Assembly (NCBI GenBank): GCA_012842935.1
Contig: DUSC01000145.1
Coordinates: 225-64,224, forward strand
DNA length: 64,000 nucleotides
Reading direction: 5' to 3'
From: Hyphomicrobiales bacterium
GTDB taxonomy: Bacteria; Pseudomonadota; Alphaproteobacteria; Rhizobiales; Rhizobiaceae
Shown: positions 35,139-45,124 of the stretch, piece after piece
How positions within the stretch are numbered: the first letter of the stretch is position 1
How the letters are laid out: every line of letters begins with the position of its first letter
Made by a program: the position numbers and the translations under genes
The notes under the pieces: generated by a model
Databases searched by the model: none
What the model saw: only the letters and a program-made list of their open reading frames with translations
Told to the model about the DNA's origin: nothing

Positions 35139-36179
35139 TCACGTCGCCAAAGTACGGAAGATTGCGGCGCCGGCGATGTCGGATACGTCGGCGACGATGT
35201 CCTTGCGGACAAGATGGTTGATGTGCGCCAGGGTCTCGCCGAGCGCGAAGCCGATGTTGTCGGGACCTTCGATGTGGGGGAACATCGCCTTGGCGAGTTC
35301 GACGGCAGAGCGCGGCTGGCGCAGATACTCCGCGGTTGCGTCGAGACGGCGGCGATGATGCTCGCGCAGCTCCTCGATCCTTGTCCGGATCCCGTGGTAC
35401 GGGCTTCCGTGCGACGGCAGGACCAGGGTATCGTCGGCCACGTCGTCGAATTGCGGGAACGAGGCGAGAAAGTCCTCCAGCGGATCGGACTTCGGCGTCA
35501 TCTCGTAGACGGCGATGACCGGCGAAATCGTCGGAAGCAGGTGATCGCCGGCGATCAGCAGGCCCGATTCCGGGTTATGGAAGGAAGCATGCTCGAAGGC
35601 GTGGCCGCGCGTGACGATCACGCGCCAGTCGCGCCCGGCCATGCGGATGGAATCCCCGTCGCGGATTTCGGTGATCGAACCGGGCACCGGAGACGACAGA
35701 TCGATGAAGCGACGGCGGCTCTTGACCAGGTCGGCCGCGGCCGCGTCGTCGAAGCCGTTGCGCACGAGGTACGAATGATGCGCGGCGTTCGAACCCGGTA
35801 CGTCGTGCATATGGCTGACGCGGGCCCATATCCATTCGGCGAACGTGCCGACATATTCGGCGTCGAAGCGCGATACCATCCAGCCGGAGAGGCCGATGTG
35901 ATCGACATGGCCATGCGTGGCGACGACCCGGCGTACGGGCCTGCCGCCCATCGGCCCGGAAAGGAGCGCTTGCCACGCCGCAACGATCTCGGTGGTGGCG
36001 CAACCGGTGTCGACGACCGTCCAGCCGTCGTTCTCCCGCAGGAGCCAGACGTTGACGTGGTTGAGGCGGAAGGGCAGCGGCAGACGAGCCCAGAGAATGC
36101 CCGGCGCCACCTCGCGCGCCTCGCCGGGCGATGGCGTGTCCGCCCAGGGAAATTCGAGCTTGCCGCGTCTTGCCGGCAT
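35139..36179 (-). CDS. MBL-fold metallo-hydrolase with C-terminal winged helix
   Basis: LPFRLNHVN, VDTG, THGHVDHIG, GHAFEH, GDHLLP, LPSHG, ETLAHINHL; ATG 36179. Confidence 0.92.
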   Translation of the reverse strand: MPARRGKLEFPWADTPSPGEAREVAPGILWARLPLPFRLNHVNVWLLRENDGWTVVDTGCATTEIVAAWQALLSGPMGGRPVRRVVATHGHVDHIGLSGWMVSRFDAEYVGTFAEWIWARVSHMHDVPGSNAAHHSYLVRNGFDDAAAADLVKSRRRFIDLSSPVPGSITEIRDGDSIRMAGRDWRVIVTRGHAFEHASFHNPESGLLIAGDHLLPTISPVIAVYEMTPKSDPLEDFLASFPQFDDVADDTLVLPSHGSPYHGIRTRIEELREHHRRRLDATAEYLRQPRSAVELAKAMFPHIEGPDNIGFALGETLAHINHLVRKDIVADVSDIAGAAIFRTLAT

Positions 36180-36190
36180 CTTGCGGCCTC

Positions 36191-37243
36191 TCAGCTTGTC
36201 CCGCGCGGGACAAGAACCCAGTAGTCGAGTTCCAGCAACACCGCCGATAGCGCGTCTCCGCCGGCCGACGGATACGCCGCGCAGGGCATGTCCCTGGTGG
36301 CGACGGTGCGAATGCGGAGTGCCCCGATGTCGGTTCGATGATCGAAGGCGTGACGGTCGAGGATTTCGGACCATGCATAGACCGTGTCGCCGGCCGCCGC
36401 CGGATTGACGTGCCGGCCGCCGTTGATCGCCGCGATGAAGGGCGCATTGGCAAGTCCGTTGAACGAGAGCCCGCGCGCCAGGGAGATGACGTGGCCGCCA
36501 TAGACGATGCGCCGGCCGAAGCGGCTCGCCTTCTGCGCAAGGCCGTCGAAATGGCCCTTGGCGGTGTTCTGGAAAAGGCGCGTCGCGATCTGGTGCTCGG
36601 CCTCCTCGATCGTCGTGCCGTCGATGTGGTCGATCCTTTCGCCGACGCGATAGTCGTCGAACAGGAAGCGGCTTCCGGCCATCGCCCTGTCGTAGGCGGA
36701 GAAGTCGAGGCCTTCGGGAATGACCAGGTCGTCCCCGGCAACCGCTGCCGCGGTTTGCGGGACGACCGCTTCGGGCGCCGGCGCGGACGGGTCGCGCTTG
36801 TTGACCATCACCCAACGCACGAAGGTGAGTACCGGCCTTCCGTTCTCGTTGTAGCCCGTCGAGCGGACATACACGATGCCCGTCTTGCCACTCGCGTTCT
36901 CGCGCAGCCCGATCACGGTTGAACGCGCATGAAGACTTTCCCCCGGCCAGCAAGGCTCGAGGAATCGGCACTCTGCATAGCCCAGATTGGCGACCGCGTT
37001 GAGCGATATGTCGGGAACCGTCTTGCCGAAAACCACGTGGAAAAGGAGCAGGTCGTCGATCGGAGCGCGCTTCAGACCGACCGACCGCGCGAACGCGTCG
37101 GACGACTGCACCGCGAAGCGCATTCCGTAGAGAGCGGAATAGAGCGCGACATCGCCGGTCGTGACCGTGCGCGGCACGGCGTGGACGATCTCCTGGCCGA
37201 GGCGGAAATCCTCGAAGAAATTGCCGCTGGAGGACTTGGCCAT
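36191..37243 (-). CDS. mch: Mesaconyl-CoA (2-methylfumaryl-CoA) hydratase, double MaoC fold
   Basis: GNFFEDF, PRTVTTGDVALY, VFGKTVPDISLNAVANLGYA, IDHIDG.TIEEAEH, QNTAKGHF, LSFNGL, LELDYW. Confidence 0.9.
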   Translation of the reverse strand: MAKSSSGNFFEDFRLGQEIVHAVPRTVTTGDVALYSALYGMRFAVQSSDAFARSVGLKRAPIDDLLLFHVVFGKTVPDISLNAVANLGYAECRFLEPCWPGESLHARSTVIGLRENASGKTGIVYVRSTGYNENGRPVLTFVRWVMVNKRDPSAPAPEAVVPQTAAAVAGDDLVIPEGLDFSAYDRAMAGSRFLFDDYRVGERIDHIDGTTIEEAEHQIATRLFQNTAKGHFDGLAQKASRFGRRIVYGGHVISLARGLSFNGLANAPFIAAINGGRHVNPAAAGDTVYAWSEILDRHAFDHRTDIGALRIRTVATRDMPCAAYPSAGGDALSAVLLELDYWVLVPRGTS

Positions 37244-37247
37244 CGTT

Positions 37248-38180
37248 CTACAGTCCGGCCGAGGGCTTCATGCCGGCCAGTTCGGCCCGCTCGATGACGC
37301 GCTGGACGAGTCGCACCGTGGCGACGTCGACCATCTGGCCGTCCACCTGAATGGCGCCGAGCCCCTGCGCCTGCGCCTCGCGATAGGCGGCGACGGCCTT
37401 GTAGGCGCGGTCGACTTCAGCTTGCGAGGGACTGAACACCTCCTGCGCAATCGCCACCTGGCTCGGGTGGATCGCCCATTTGCCGACGGCGCCGAGTTGC
37501 AGCGCGCGCCTGCATTCGGTGCGGAACCAGTCACCGTCCCTGAAATTGACGAACGGCCCGTCGATCGCATCGAGGCCATAGGTGCGGGCGGCCACGATCA
37601 TCTTGTAGCGGGCATAGTGCCAGATGTCTCCGGGATAGCCGCAATCGCCGGCAATCGCCCGCGGATCGATGCCCTGGGAAGCGGAATAGTCGCCCATGCC
37701 GAAGATCAGCGCCTCGAGCCGGCTCGAGGAACCGGCGATCTCTTCGACGCGCATGATCGCCTCTGCCTCCTCGATCAGCACCTCGATGCCGATACGCCGC
37801 GTCAGCCCGAGCTTTCCTTCGATCTGGGAGAGCAGGCGATCGACGAAACGCACGTCGCAGGCGGTACGGACTTTCGGAACGAGGATTGTGTCGATATTTT
37901 CCCCCGCACCCTCGACGACGGTGATGATGTCCTCGTAGGCGTAGTGCGTGTCGAGGTCGTTGATCCGCACGCAGCGTACGGATCGGCCGAAATCGAGAGT
38001 GTTGAGCGCCTTGACGATCTGGGCACGCGCGCCGATCTTCGCGCCGGGCGCGACGGCGTCCTCGAGATCGAGGAAGACATGGTCGACCTCCATCGCGGCG
38101 GCCTTTGCCATCATCTTGTCGCTGGAGCCGGGAACGGCGAGCTGACACCGGCGGAGGCGTTTCGGTCTGGCTTCGGCCAT
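37248..38180 (-). CDS. mcl: CitE-family CoA ester lyase (malyl-CoA / beta-methylmalyl-CoA lyase-like)
   Basis: RRCQLAVPGS, LDLEDAVAP, VRIN, LIEE, FGMGDYSAS, IDGPF, GKWAIHPSQ, MVD; adjacent to mch. Exact specificity is inferred. Confidence 0.8.
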   Translation of the reverse strand: MAEARPKRLRRCQLAVPGSSDKMMAKAAAMEVDHVFLDLEDAVAPGAKIGARAQIVKALNTLDFGRSVRCVRINDLDTHYAYEDIITVVEGAGENIDTILVPKVRTACDVRFVDRLLSQIEGKLGLTRRIGIEVLIEEAEAIMRVEEIAGSSSRLEALIFGMGDYSASQGIDPRAIAGDCGYPGDIWHYARYKMIVAARTYGLDAIDGPFVNFRDGDWFRTECRRALQLGAVGKWAIHPSQVAIAQEVFSPSQAEVDRAYKAVAAYREAQAQGLGAIQVDGQMVDVATVRLVQRVIERAELAGMKPSAGL

Positions 38181-38269
38181 GTTCTGTCTCCCAGGCTGTT
38201 CAGCGGCGCGGTCTTGTCCGCAGGGCCGCCACGGTATCGCCGTTGCAACCGCGGCAAGCATCCTATAAT

Positions 38270-38283
38270 CTAACCATTGTTAG
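38270..38283. promoter_or_regulatory. Putative TetR operator upstream of mcl-mch
   Basis: CTAAC-CATT-GTTAG. Confidence 0.75.
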
Positions 38284-38468
38284 AATCCTAGTCTGGCGAG
38301 CGTAGAATTTTCCGCCGTCGCCGTCGATGACGGTTTGCGCGTAAGCGCTCGTTCCTCCGGCGGAAGGCTGGTCGGCGTCTGCCTCGCCCAGAAAGGGAAG
38401 AGCGACGCAGGACGGGCTGCCCATAGCCTTCAGGCCCCAATCAAACGGTCGTGACCGGCGAGACATTT

Positions 38469-38482
38469 CGAACCACCGTTCG
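38469..38482. promoter_or_regulatory. Putative TetR operator
   Basis: CGAAC-CACC-GTTCG. Confidence 0.6.
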
Positions 38483-38554
38483 CCTCATTTGATCGTTTTA
38501 TCAATAGCTTGAAATTCAGCGGACGAATTTCGGAGAACGATGGTGACAAGATTT

Positions 38555-38568
38555 CGAACAAGTGTTAG
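38555..38568. promoter_or_regulatory. Putative TetR operator upstream of liv-type transporter
   Basis: CGAAC-AAGT-GTTAG. Confidence 0.7.
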
Positions 38569-38682
38569 AGTTTTGAAAATGCTCCGGACGGCGACAGGTC
38601 GGACCGCAGTGCGGGAGGAAGGACAGATGTACCCAACTGGCTCGCTGGCCGATTTCGTACGTCTTGCGGACATGCTCTGAGC

Positions 38683-39459
38683 ATGCTCCAGGTCGACGAC
38701 ATCCAGCTTGCATTCGGTGGCGTCAAGGCGCTGACCGGCGTTACCGTGCACGCCGAAAAGGGCAGGATTACCGCGGTGATCGGCCCGAACGGCGCCGGCA
38801 AGACGAGCCTCTTCAACGTCGTGTCCGGCTTCTACCGGCCGCAGGTCGGCCGCGTCGTTCTGGACGGCGAGGACATTTCGGATCTGAAGCCCCACGCCCG
38901 CGCCTACCGCGGCATGTCACGCACATTCCAGAACATCGCCCTCTTCCACGGCATGACCGTGCTCGACAACATCAAGCTCGGCGCCCACACGAATCTGAAA
39001 AGCGGCATCCTGACGGCCGGCCTCCGTCTGCCGCTCACCCGCAACGAGGAGAGCATGCTGGATCGGGAGATCCGGCGCGACATCATCGGTCTGCTGGAAC
39101 TCGACCACGTTCAGCACCACCCGGTCGAGGATCTTCCCTATGGCCTTCAGAAGCGCGTCGAGTTGGCCCGTGCCCTGGTGATGAAGCCGAAGATCCTGCT
39201 TCTCGACGAACCCGTCGCCGGGATGAACCGCGAGGAAAAGCGCGAAATGAGCCGCTTCGTCCTCGGCGTGAAGAAGAACTGGAACACGACGGTTCTCCTC
39301 ATCGAGCACGACATGAGCATGGTGATGGGCATTTCCGATCACGTCGTGGTGCTGTCGTTCGGCAAGCCGATCGCGTCGGGAACACCGGACGAGGTGCGTG
39401 CCAATCCGGACGTCATCAAGGCCTATCTCGGCGGCGCCGACGAACCGGCAGCGGCGTGA
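38683..39459 (+). CDS. ABC ATPase (LivG-like)
   Basis: GPNGAGKT, RTFQNIALF, LPYGLQKRVELARAL, LLDEPVAGMN, IEHDM. Confidence 0.95.
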   Translation: MLQVDDIQLAFGGVKALTGVTVHAEKGRITAVIGPNGAGKTSLFNVVSGFYRPQVGRVVLDGEDISDLKPHARAYRGMSRTFQNIALFHGMTVLDNIKLGAHTNLKSGILTAGLRLPLTRNEESMLDREIRRDIIGLLELDHVQHHPVEDLPYGLQKRVELARALVMKPKILLLDEPVAGMNREEKREMSRFVLGVKKNWNTTVLLIEHDMSMVMGISDHVVVLSFGKPIASGTPDEVRANPDVIKAYLGGADEPAAA

Positions 39460-39467
39460 GGCAGGCG

Positions 39468-40349
39468 ATGAGTCCCTTCCAGCAGTTCATCGAATACTCG
39501 ATCGTCGGCATCGCGGCGGGGGGCGTATATGCCCTCATCGCGCTCGGCATCGTCGTCATCTTCAAGGCGTCGCGGACCTTCAACTTCGCCATGGGCGAGA
39601 TGATGATGCTGTCCGCCTACTTCTTCTATGCCGCGTCGGTCACGTTCGCGCTCGGCCCCGTGATCGGCATGATCGTCGCCCTGATCGGATCTGTCGCGAT
39701 CGCCCTGCTGATCGAGCGGGTCGCCATCCGGCCGATGCTCGGCCGTCCGTTCATCGCGGTCGTCATGGTCACGTTCGGTATCGGCTCGATCATCCGCGGT
39801 ATCGTCGGCATGGTCTGGGGGCCGAACGAGATGCAGATCCCGGGCATCCTGTCGCGCACGCCGATCATGCTGGGCGACATCTTCGTGCCCGGCAAGACGG
39901 CGCGGGCCTTTGCGATCGCCGTGGTCATCGTCGTCGTCCTGATCGCCTATCTGCGCTATTCGCGCGCCGGCGTCGCGCTGCGCGCGGCCGCGGCCGACAC
40001 GATCACCGCCTATTCGATGGGCATCGACGTCCGCAGGATCATTGCTTTCACCTGGATCGTCGCCGCGGTGACCGGCTGCATCAGCGGCGTCCTGATGGCG
40101 AACGTCAATACGCTCACGCCGCATCTCGGTCTCGTTGCGCTCAACGTTCTGGCGGTCGTCATCCTCGGCGGCATGGCTTCGATCGGCGGCGTGCTGGTCG
40201 CCGGCTTCATCATCGGTTGGCTGGAGGCGATCACCGGTCTCTTCCTGCCCACCGAATTCCGCGAGATCACGCCCTATGTGCTTGCTCTCGTGGTGTTGCT
40301 CGTCCGCCCGAACGGCCTGTTCGGCAGCAGGGAGGTCGAGAGGATCTGA
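39468..40349 (+). CDS. ABC permease (LivH-like)
   Basis: YALIALG..IFKAS..FNFAMGE, LRAAAAD, ILGGMAS, RPNGLFG; ATG 39468. Confidence 0.94.
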   Translation: MSPFQQFIEYSIVGIAAGGVYALIALGIVVIFKASRTFNFAMGEMMMLSAYFFYAASVTFALGPVIGMIVALIGSVAIALLIERVAIRPMLGRPFIAVVMVTFGIGSIIRGIVGMVWGPNEMQIPGILSRTPIMLGDIFVPGKTARAFAIAVVIVVVLIAYLRYSRAGVALRAAAADTITAYSMGIDVRRIIAFTWIVAAVTGCISGVLMANVNTLTPHLGLVALNVLAVVILGGMASIGGVLVAGFIIGWLEAITGLFLPTEFREITPYVLALVVLLVRPNGLFGSREVERI

Positions 40350-41386
40350 TGGCGGACACCATGGAAGCCGAGCTCCTGTCGGACCCCCGCACCCGCTCGT
40401 CGACCGGCACGATGGTGCGCTACGGCGTTCTGTTCGCCATCCTCGCCGTGCTGCCGTTCGTGGCGCCGGGCTACTGGATCTACTTCGCCGGGCTTCTCGG
40501 GATCAACATCATCGCGACGCACGGCCTCAACATCATGATGGGTTTCACCGGGCTGCTGTCCCTAGGACACGCGGCCTTCGTCGGCGTGGGCGCCTACACG
40601 GTCGCAATCCTGCAGACCTATTTCGGGCTTCCGTTCTGGCTCACGATCCCGGCAGCGGGCGTTTCCGCCGCCGTCATCGGCGTCGCGTTCGGACTTCCGT
40701 CCTTGCGGATCCGCGGTCTCTATCTCGTCATCGCCACGCTCGCGGCTCAGTTCATCCTGCACTTCGTCTTCGTCCACTGGCAGTCGGTGACGAATGGCGA
40801 CGTCGGATTGCCCGTCGCCCCGGCGAACGTCTTCGGCTTCCTGCTGAACAACGAGACCCGCATCTATTACCTGATCCTGGCCTTCGTTGTCGCATCGACC
40901 TGGTTCGCCCGAAACGTCATCAAGTCGCGTGTCGGAAGAGCCTTCATCGCCATTCGCGAACGCGACCTGACGGCCCAGGTACTCGGCGTCGAAATCGTTC
41001 GTTACAAGCTGCTCGCCTTCGGGCTCGGCTCCTTCTACGCCGGGATCGCAGGGGCGTTGCTTGCCTATTTCAATCGCTTCGTGAACCCCGAGCAGTTCGG
41101 CCTTCTGCTGTCCGTGTTCTTTCTTTCCGCCGTCATCGTCGGGGGCATGGGATCGATCCTGGGCGCCATCCTCGGTGCGGCGTTCATGACGCTGCTGCCG
41201 GAAATCCTTCGCGAACTGTCGCTGCTGATCGGCAGCGGGCTCGGAATCGATCTCGGCACGATCCTGACGCCCCTGCGCGAGACGATCTTCGGACTTCTGA
41301 TGGTGGGCTTCCTTCTTCTCGAGCCGCGCGGTCTCGCGCAGCTATGGAAGCGGGCAAGCCAGAAATCCACGCGCGACAGCGCGTGA
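40349..41386 (+). CDS. ABC permease (LivM-like)
   Basis: GLNIMMGFTGLLSLGH, LRIRGLYL, AIRERD, IVGGMGS, EPRGL; TGATG coupling. Confidence 0.94.
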   Translation: MADTMEAELLSDPRTRSSTGTMVRYGVLFAILAVLPFVAPGYWIYFAGLLGINIIATHGLNIMMGFTGLLSLGHAAFVGVGAYTVAILQTYFGLPFWLTIPAAGVSAAVIGVAFGLPSLRIRGLYLVIATLAAQFILHFVFVHWQSVTNGDVGLPVAPANVFGFLLNNETRIYYLILAFVVASTWFARNVIKSRVGRAFIAIRERDLTAQVLGVEIVRYKLLAFGLGSFYAGIAGALLAYFNRFVNPEQFGLLLSVFFLSAVIVGGMGSILGAILGAAFMTLLPEILRELSLLIGSGLGIDLGTILTPLRETIFGLLMVGFLLLEPRGLAQLWKRASQKSTRDSA

Positions 41387-41459
41387 GGAGTAATCGCCGG
41401 TCATCGCCGGCGTGGACGTGGACCGCGATCGCTTCGATCGCCGAATGTGGAGGAAACAC

Positions 41460-42674
41460 ATGCTTAGCAGACGCAAGTTCCTGAAGGCGACGGGCGCCAC
41501 CGCGGCGGTCGGCGCCGCGAGCGGCTTCCAGATCAACATTCTTCGTGCGCAGAATGCCGACACGCTGAACTGGTCGATCCACTGCGACCTGACCGGCCCG
41601 GCGGCCGAAGGCGGCAAGTTCCAGGGCGAGGGATTCACCGAATACGCGAAATGGATCAATGACCAGGGCGGCATCCGCGGCCGCAAGATCAACCTCTCGA
41701 TCAACGACACAACCTTCAAGGTCGACGTTGCCGTGGCGAACCTGAAGAAGGCGTTGGCCGAGGGGCGCATCGATTACATGTTCGGCGAATCCACCGGCAT
41801 GATCCAGGCGATATCGCCCGAGAACAATTCCACCCACAAGCTCTTCATGACGTCGGGATCCTTCGCGTCCGAACTCGCGGACGAGAAGAACTATCCCTAT
41901 CATTTCGTGCCGGGCGCGACCTACGGCGCCCAGCTCAAGATGCTGGTCGACTACATTAAGACCTCGTCTGCCGGCAATCCGGCCAGGCTCGTCATCGTGC
42001 ATTCCTCGACCGGCATGGGCCGTGACGGCATCGACAATGCCGTCGCCTATGCCAAGGAAGGCGGCATCGATGTCGCGCTCGTCCAGCAGACCAAGTTCGT
42101 CGAGACTGACGTGTCGGCATTTGCACTGGCCATCCGCCAGGCACAGCCCACCCATGTCATCCACCACGGCTATTCTTTCGCCGTGTGGCCGGAGATCGTG
42201 CGCCTCGTGCGCGACTACGGCATGGACGATGTCGTCTTCCTCGGCACGATCTGGCAGAGCGAGCGAGAGAAGGTGGTCGCCATGCCCGACGTTGCCGAGG
42301 GCCTGATCGGCATCAAGGTCTGGAACGACGACACCAACAAGCCGGCCGGCAAGACGATGGAAACCATCGGCAGCATCCTCAGGGCGAAGAACCCGAATTG
42401 GAGCGGCTATGTGCGTCTCGGCTTCCTCGACGCCTGGATCAGCGGAATGATGGCGACGCGTGCCTTCGAGATCGTCATCGACGCCGGTCAGGAGATCAAC
42501 GGCGACAATCTCGCGGCCGCATTGCGCACGGTCAGGGACTGGGACACCGGCGGCTTGATCGACGTGCCGGTCTCCATCAAGAACCAGCAGATCGGCCTCG
42601 GCCGCATCATCCGCTATTCGGCGGCGAACAACTGGGAGATGGAGCACCTGACCGACTGGATGAAGGTGTCCTGA
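41460..42674 (+). CDS. ABC substrate-binding protein (type 1 PBP), Tat-exported
   Basis: SRRKFLK Tat motif; DLTGPAA, INDQGGIRGRKI; GGAGG RBS. Confidence 0.92.
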   Translation: MLSRRKFLKATGATAAVGAASGFQINILRAQNADTLNWSIHCDLTGPAAEGGKFQGEGFTEYAKWINDQGGIRGRKINLSINDTTFKVDVAVANLKKALAEGRIDYMFGESTGMIQAISPENNSTHKLFMTSGSFASELADEKNYPYHFVPGATYGAQLKMLVDYIKTSSAGNPARLVIVHSSTGMGRDGIDNAVAYAKEGGIDVALVQQTKFVETDVSAFALAIRQAQPTHVIHHGYSFAVWPEIVRLVRDYGMDDVVFLGTIWQSEREKVVAMPDVAEGLIGIKVWNDDTNKPAGKTMETIGSILRAKNPNWSGYVRLGFLDAWISGMMATRAFEIVIDAGQEINGDNLAAALRTVRDWDTGGLIDVPVSIKNQQIGLGRIIRYSAANNWEMEHLTDWMKVS

Positions 42675-42678
42675 AGTC

Positions 42679-43431
42679 ATGGCGGCCGTTCTCGAAATCA
42701 AGGATCTGGAAGTCGTCTATCAGGGCGTCATTCAGGCTCTGTCGAGCCTGAGCCTCCAGGTGCCCGCAGGCGCCATCGTCGCTTTGCTCGGCGCCAATGG
42801 CGCCGGAAAGACAACGACGCTCAAGGCGGTCTCCAATTTCCTTCCGCTCGAGAACGGCCGGGTCACACGCGGATCGATCACGATCGGCGGAGAAGACATG
42901 CTGAGGCTCGCGCCGCATCAGATCGTGCGGCGCGGGATTTTTCACATCCGCGAGGGCCGGCACGTCTTCTCGGATATGACCGTCGAGGAGAACCTCGTCG
43001 CGTCAACCTTCGCGCAGCGGTCTCCACGGCCGCGCAGGCAGGCATTCGACGAGGTGTACGCCTACTTCCCGATCCTGTCGCAGCGGCGCGGCCAGCAGGC
43101 CGGCTACCTTTCCGGCGGCGAACAGCAGATGCTCGCGATCGGCCGCGCGCTGGTGGCCGACCCGCAGATGATCCTTCTCGACGAACCCTCGCTTGGCCTG
43201 GCCCCCCTCATCGTGCACGAGATCTTCGAGATCATCGCCCGCATCAACCGCGAGAAGCGGGTCTCCATGCTGCTCGTCGAGCAGAATGCGGTGATAGCGC
43301 TGAAATACGCGTCCTACGGCTATGTCATCGAAACCGGCCGCACCGTGCTCGAGGGCACGACGGAGAAGCTCTCCGCGGATCGCGACATCCAGAAGTTCTA
43401 CCTCGGGGTCGAGGCGCACGAAGCCGCCTGA
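42679..43431 (+). CDS. ABC ATPase (LivF-like)
   Basis: GANGAGKT, EGRHVF, LSGGEQQM, LDEPSLGLAP, VEQN. Confidence 0.95.
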   Translation: MAAVLEIKDLEVVYQGVIQALSSLSLQVPAGAIVALLGANGAGKTTTLKAVSNFLPLENGRVTRGSITIGGEDMLRLAPHQIVRRGIFHIREGRHVFSDMTVEENLVASTFAQRSPRPRRQAFDEVYAYFPILSQRRGQQAGYLSGGEQQMLAIGRALVADPQMILLDEPSLGLAPLIVHEIFEIIARINREKRVSMLLVEQNAVIALKYASYGYVIETGRTVLEGTTEKLSADRDIQKFYLGVEAHEAA

Positions 43432-43457
43432 TCCGACCGACAGCGCCTCCCAAGCGC

Positions 43458-43485
43458 CAGGGGCGGGCGCAGCTGCTCGCCCCTG
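43458..43485. terminator. Hairpin between convergent operons
   Basis: CAGGGGCGGGC-N6-GCTCGCCCCTG (one G.U pair); no clear U tract. Confidence 0.4.
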
Positions 43486-43586
43486 ATCTCGTTGACGTAC
43501 GACATCTCATTGAATGCGACCTGCTACATCCGCGGACGACGTCGGCCCTGAGACGGCACATTCGTCCCTGCGCTGCCTGGATCACT

Positions 43587-44321
43587 TCAGTAGATCGAGA
43601 TCCCCATCGACCGGCCGCCGTCGAGCGTCAGGATCTGGCCGGTGACATTCCGCGTCCGCGGGCTGGCAAAGAAGGCGATGCCGTTGGCGATGTCCTCCGG
43701 CTGGCCGACCTCCTTCGTCGGCTGCTTGTCGATCAGCTCCCGCTGGCGCTCGGGCGTCAGCGAGCGGAACATCTCGGTTTCGATCAGGCCCGGCGCGATG
43801 GCGTTGACGAAGATCCCGCGTGGCGCGAGATCGATCGCCATTCCGCGGGTCAGGCCCACGACGCCGGCCTTCGACGTGATGTAGGGCGAGTGCGCATAGC
43901 CTGCCAGATAGGCGCGCGACGCGACGTTGACGATGCGCCCGCCGCGCTTCATCACCTTCGCGGCCTCCTGCGCCATCACGAAAGTGCCGATGACGTTCAC
44001 GTCGTACATCTTGCGGAAATCGTCCTCGGTAACGGCATCGAACTTTCCGTCCCAGAAGATCGCCGCGTTGTTCACCAGCACGTCCAGCCGGGGAAGGGAC
44101 GCAACAAGCTTCGCGACCGCCGGCCTGTCGGTGATCGACAACGAGTGATGTTCAACCGAATTGCCGGAGCTTTTCAGAGCGGCGCCGTTCGCTGATAGCG
44201 GCTCGGGGGCGAGATCGACCATCACGACGTGAAAGCCGTCCTCCAGGAGCCTTTTCGTGGTCGCAAGACCGATGCCGCGGCCGGCGCCGGTCACCAGGGC
44301 TACTTCCTTCTCGTTTGCCAT
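43587..44321 (-). CDS. Short-chain dehydrogenase/reductase (FabG-like)
   Basis: TGAGRGIG, NNAA, NVASR, YITSK, VNAIAPG, LDGG. Confidence 0.93.
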   Translation of the reverse strand: MANEKEVALVTGAGRGIGLATTKRLLEDGFHVVMVDLAPEPLSANGAALKSSGNSVEHHSLSITDRPAVAKLVASLPRLDVLVNNAAIFWDGKFDAVTEDDFRKMYDVNVIGTFVMAQEAAKVMKRGGRIVNVASRAYLAGYAHSPYITSKAGVVGLTRGMAIDLAPRGIFVNAIAPGLIETEMFRSLTPERQRELIDKQPTKEVGQPEDIANGIAFFASPRTRNVTGQILTLDGGRSMGISIY

Positions 44322-44331
44322 CGGTCGTTCC

Positions 44332-45117
44332 TCAGGCCGCGTCGACGGGCAGCACGAGCGTCTCGGTCAGGCCGCCGTCCACCATCAGGACGTGGCCGTT
44401 CATGTAGCTCGACGCCCTCGAGACCATGAAGGCGACCACGCCTCCCGCTTCCTCGGGACGTCCCCATCGGCCGAGCGGGATTCGGTTCGAAACGCCTTTC
44501 TCGTAGCCGGGGCGTGCGAGGATCGTCGTGTTGATCTCGGTGAGGAAATAGCCCGGCGCCATCATGTTGACGGTCACGCCCCTGGCGCCGAGCTCCGCGG
44601 CGAGCGCGCGGGTCATCCCGGCCAGCCCGTGCTTGCTGGAGACGTAGGCGGTGACGTTCTCGCGCCCGACGACGGCGAGCGCGGAGCCGACATTGACGAT
44701 CCGGCCGTAGCCGCGCGCGATCATGTGCCGGGCCGCTTCGCGGCAGAGCAGGTAGGGCGCGCGCATGTTGGTGCCCATGACCCGGTCCCAGGTTGCCGTG
44801 GTGGCCTGCGCGAACGGCTCCCAGGCGTTTATGCCCGCGTTGTTGACGAGGATGTCGAGGCGGCCTTCCGCGTCAGCGATCTCGTTGATGGCGGCCACGC
44901 AGGCCGAGCCATCCGAAAGGTCGAACGGCTTGACAGCGACGTCCAGACCTTCCGACTTCAGAACAGCGGCGGATTCCTCAAGCTGTTCCCTGCCTCGCGC
45001 CGTCATCCAGACCCTTGCGCCGGACTCGGCGATCGCCCGTGCCATCTCGAAACCCAGACCGCGCGAGGCACCGGTGACGACGGCGACCTGCCCATCGAGG
45101 GAAAAACGTTTTGTCAT
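44332..45117 (-). CDS. SDR, gluconate 5-dehydrogenase-like
   Basis: FSLDGQVAVVTGASRGLG, NNAG, YVSSK, PGYFLTE, PLGRWG. Confidence 0.93.
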   Translation of the reverse strand: MTKRFSLDGQVAVVTGASRGLGFEMARAIAESGARVWMTARGREQLEESAAVLKSEGLDVAVKPFDLSDGSACVAAINEIADAEGRLDILVNNAGINAWEPFAQATTATWDRVMGTNMRAPYLLCREAARHMIARGYGRIVNVGSALAVVGRENVTAYVSSKHGLAGMTRALAAELGARGVTVNMMAPGYFLTEINTTILARPGYEKGVSNRIPLGRWGRPEEAGGVVAFMVSRASSYMNGHVLMVDGGLTETLVLPVDAA

Positions 45118-45124
45118 GGCGACC

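Noticed and set aside
35139-36971. 610-aa ORF as a single protein
   Set aside because: The first 264 aa overlap mch in another frame; the MBL hydrolase begins at ATG 36179.
38671-38685. Palindrome CATGCTC-T-GAGCATG and minimal ORF ATG-CTC-TGA at the livG-like start
   Set aside because: Single short occurrence that could arise by chance; no support for a regulatory role.
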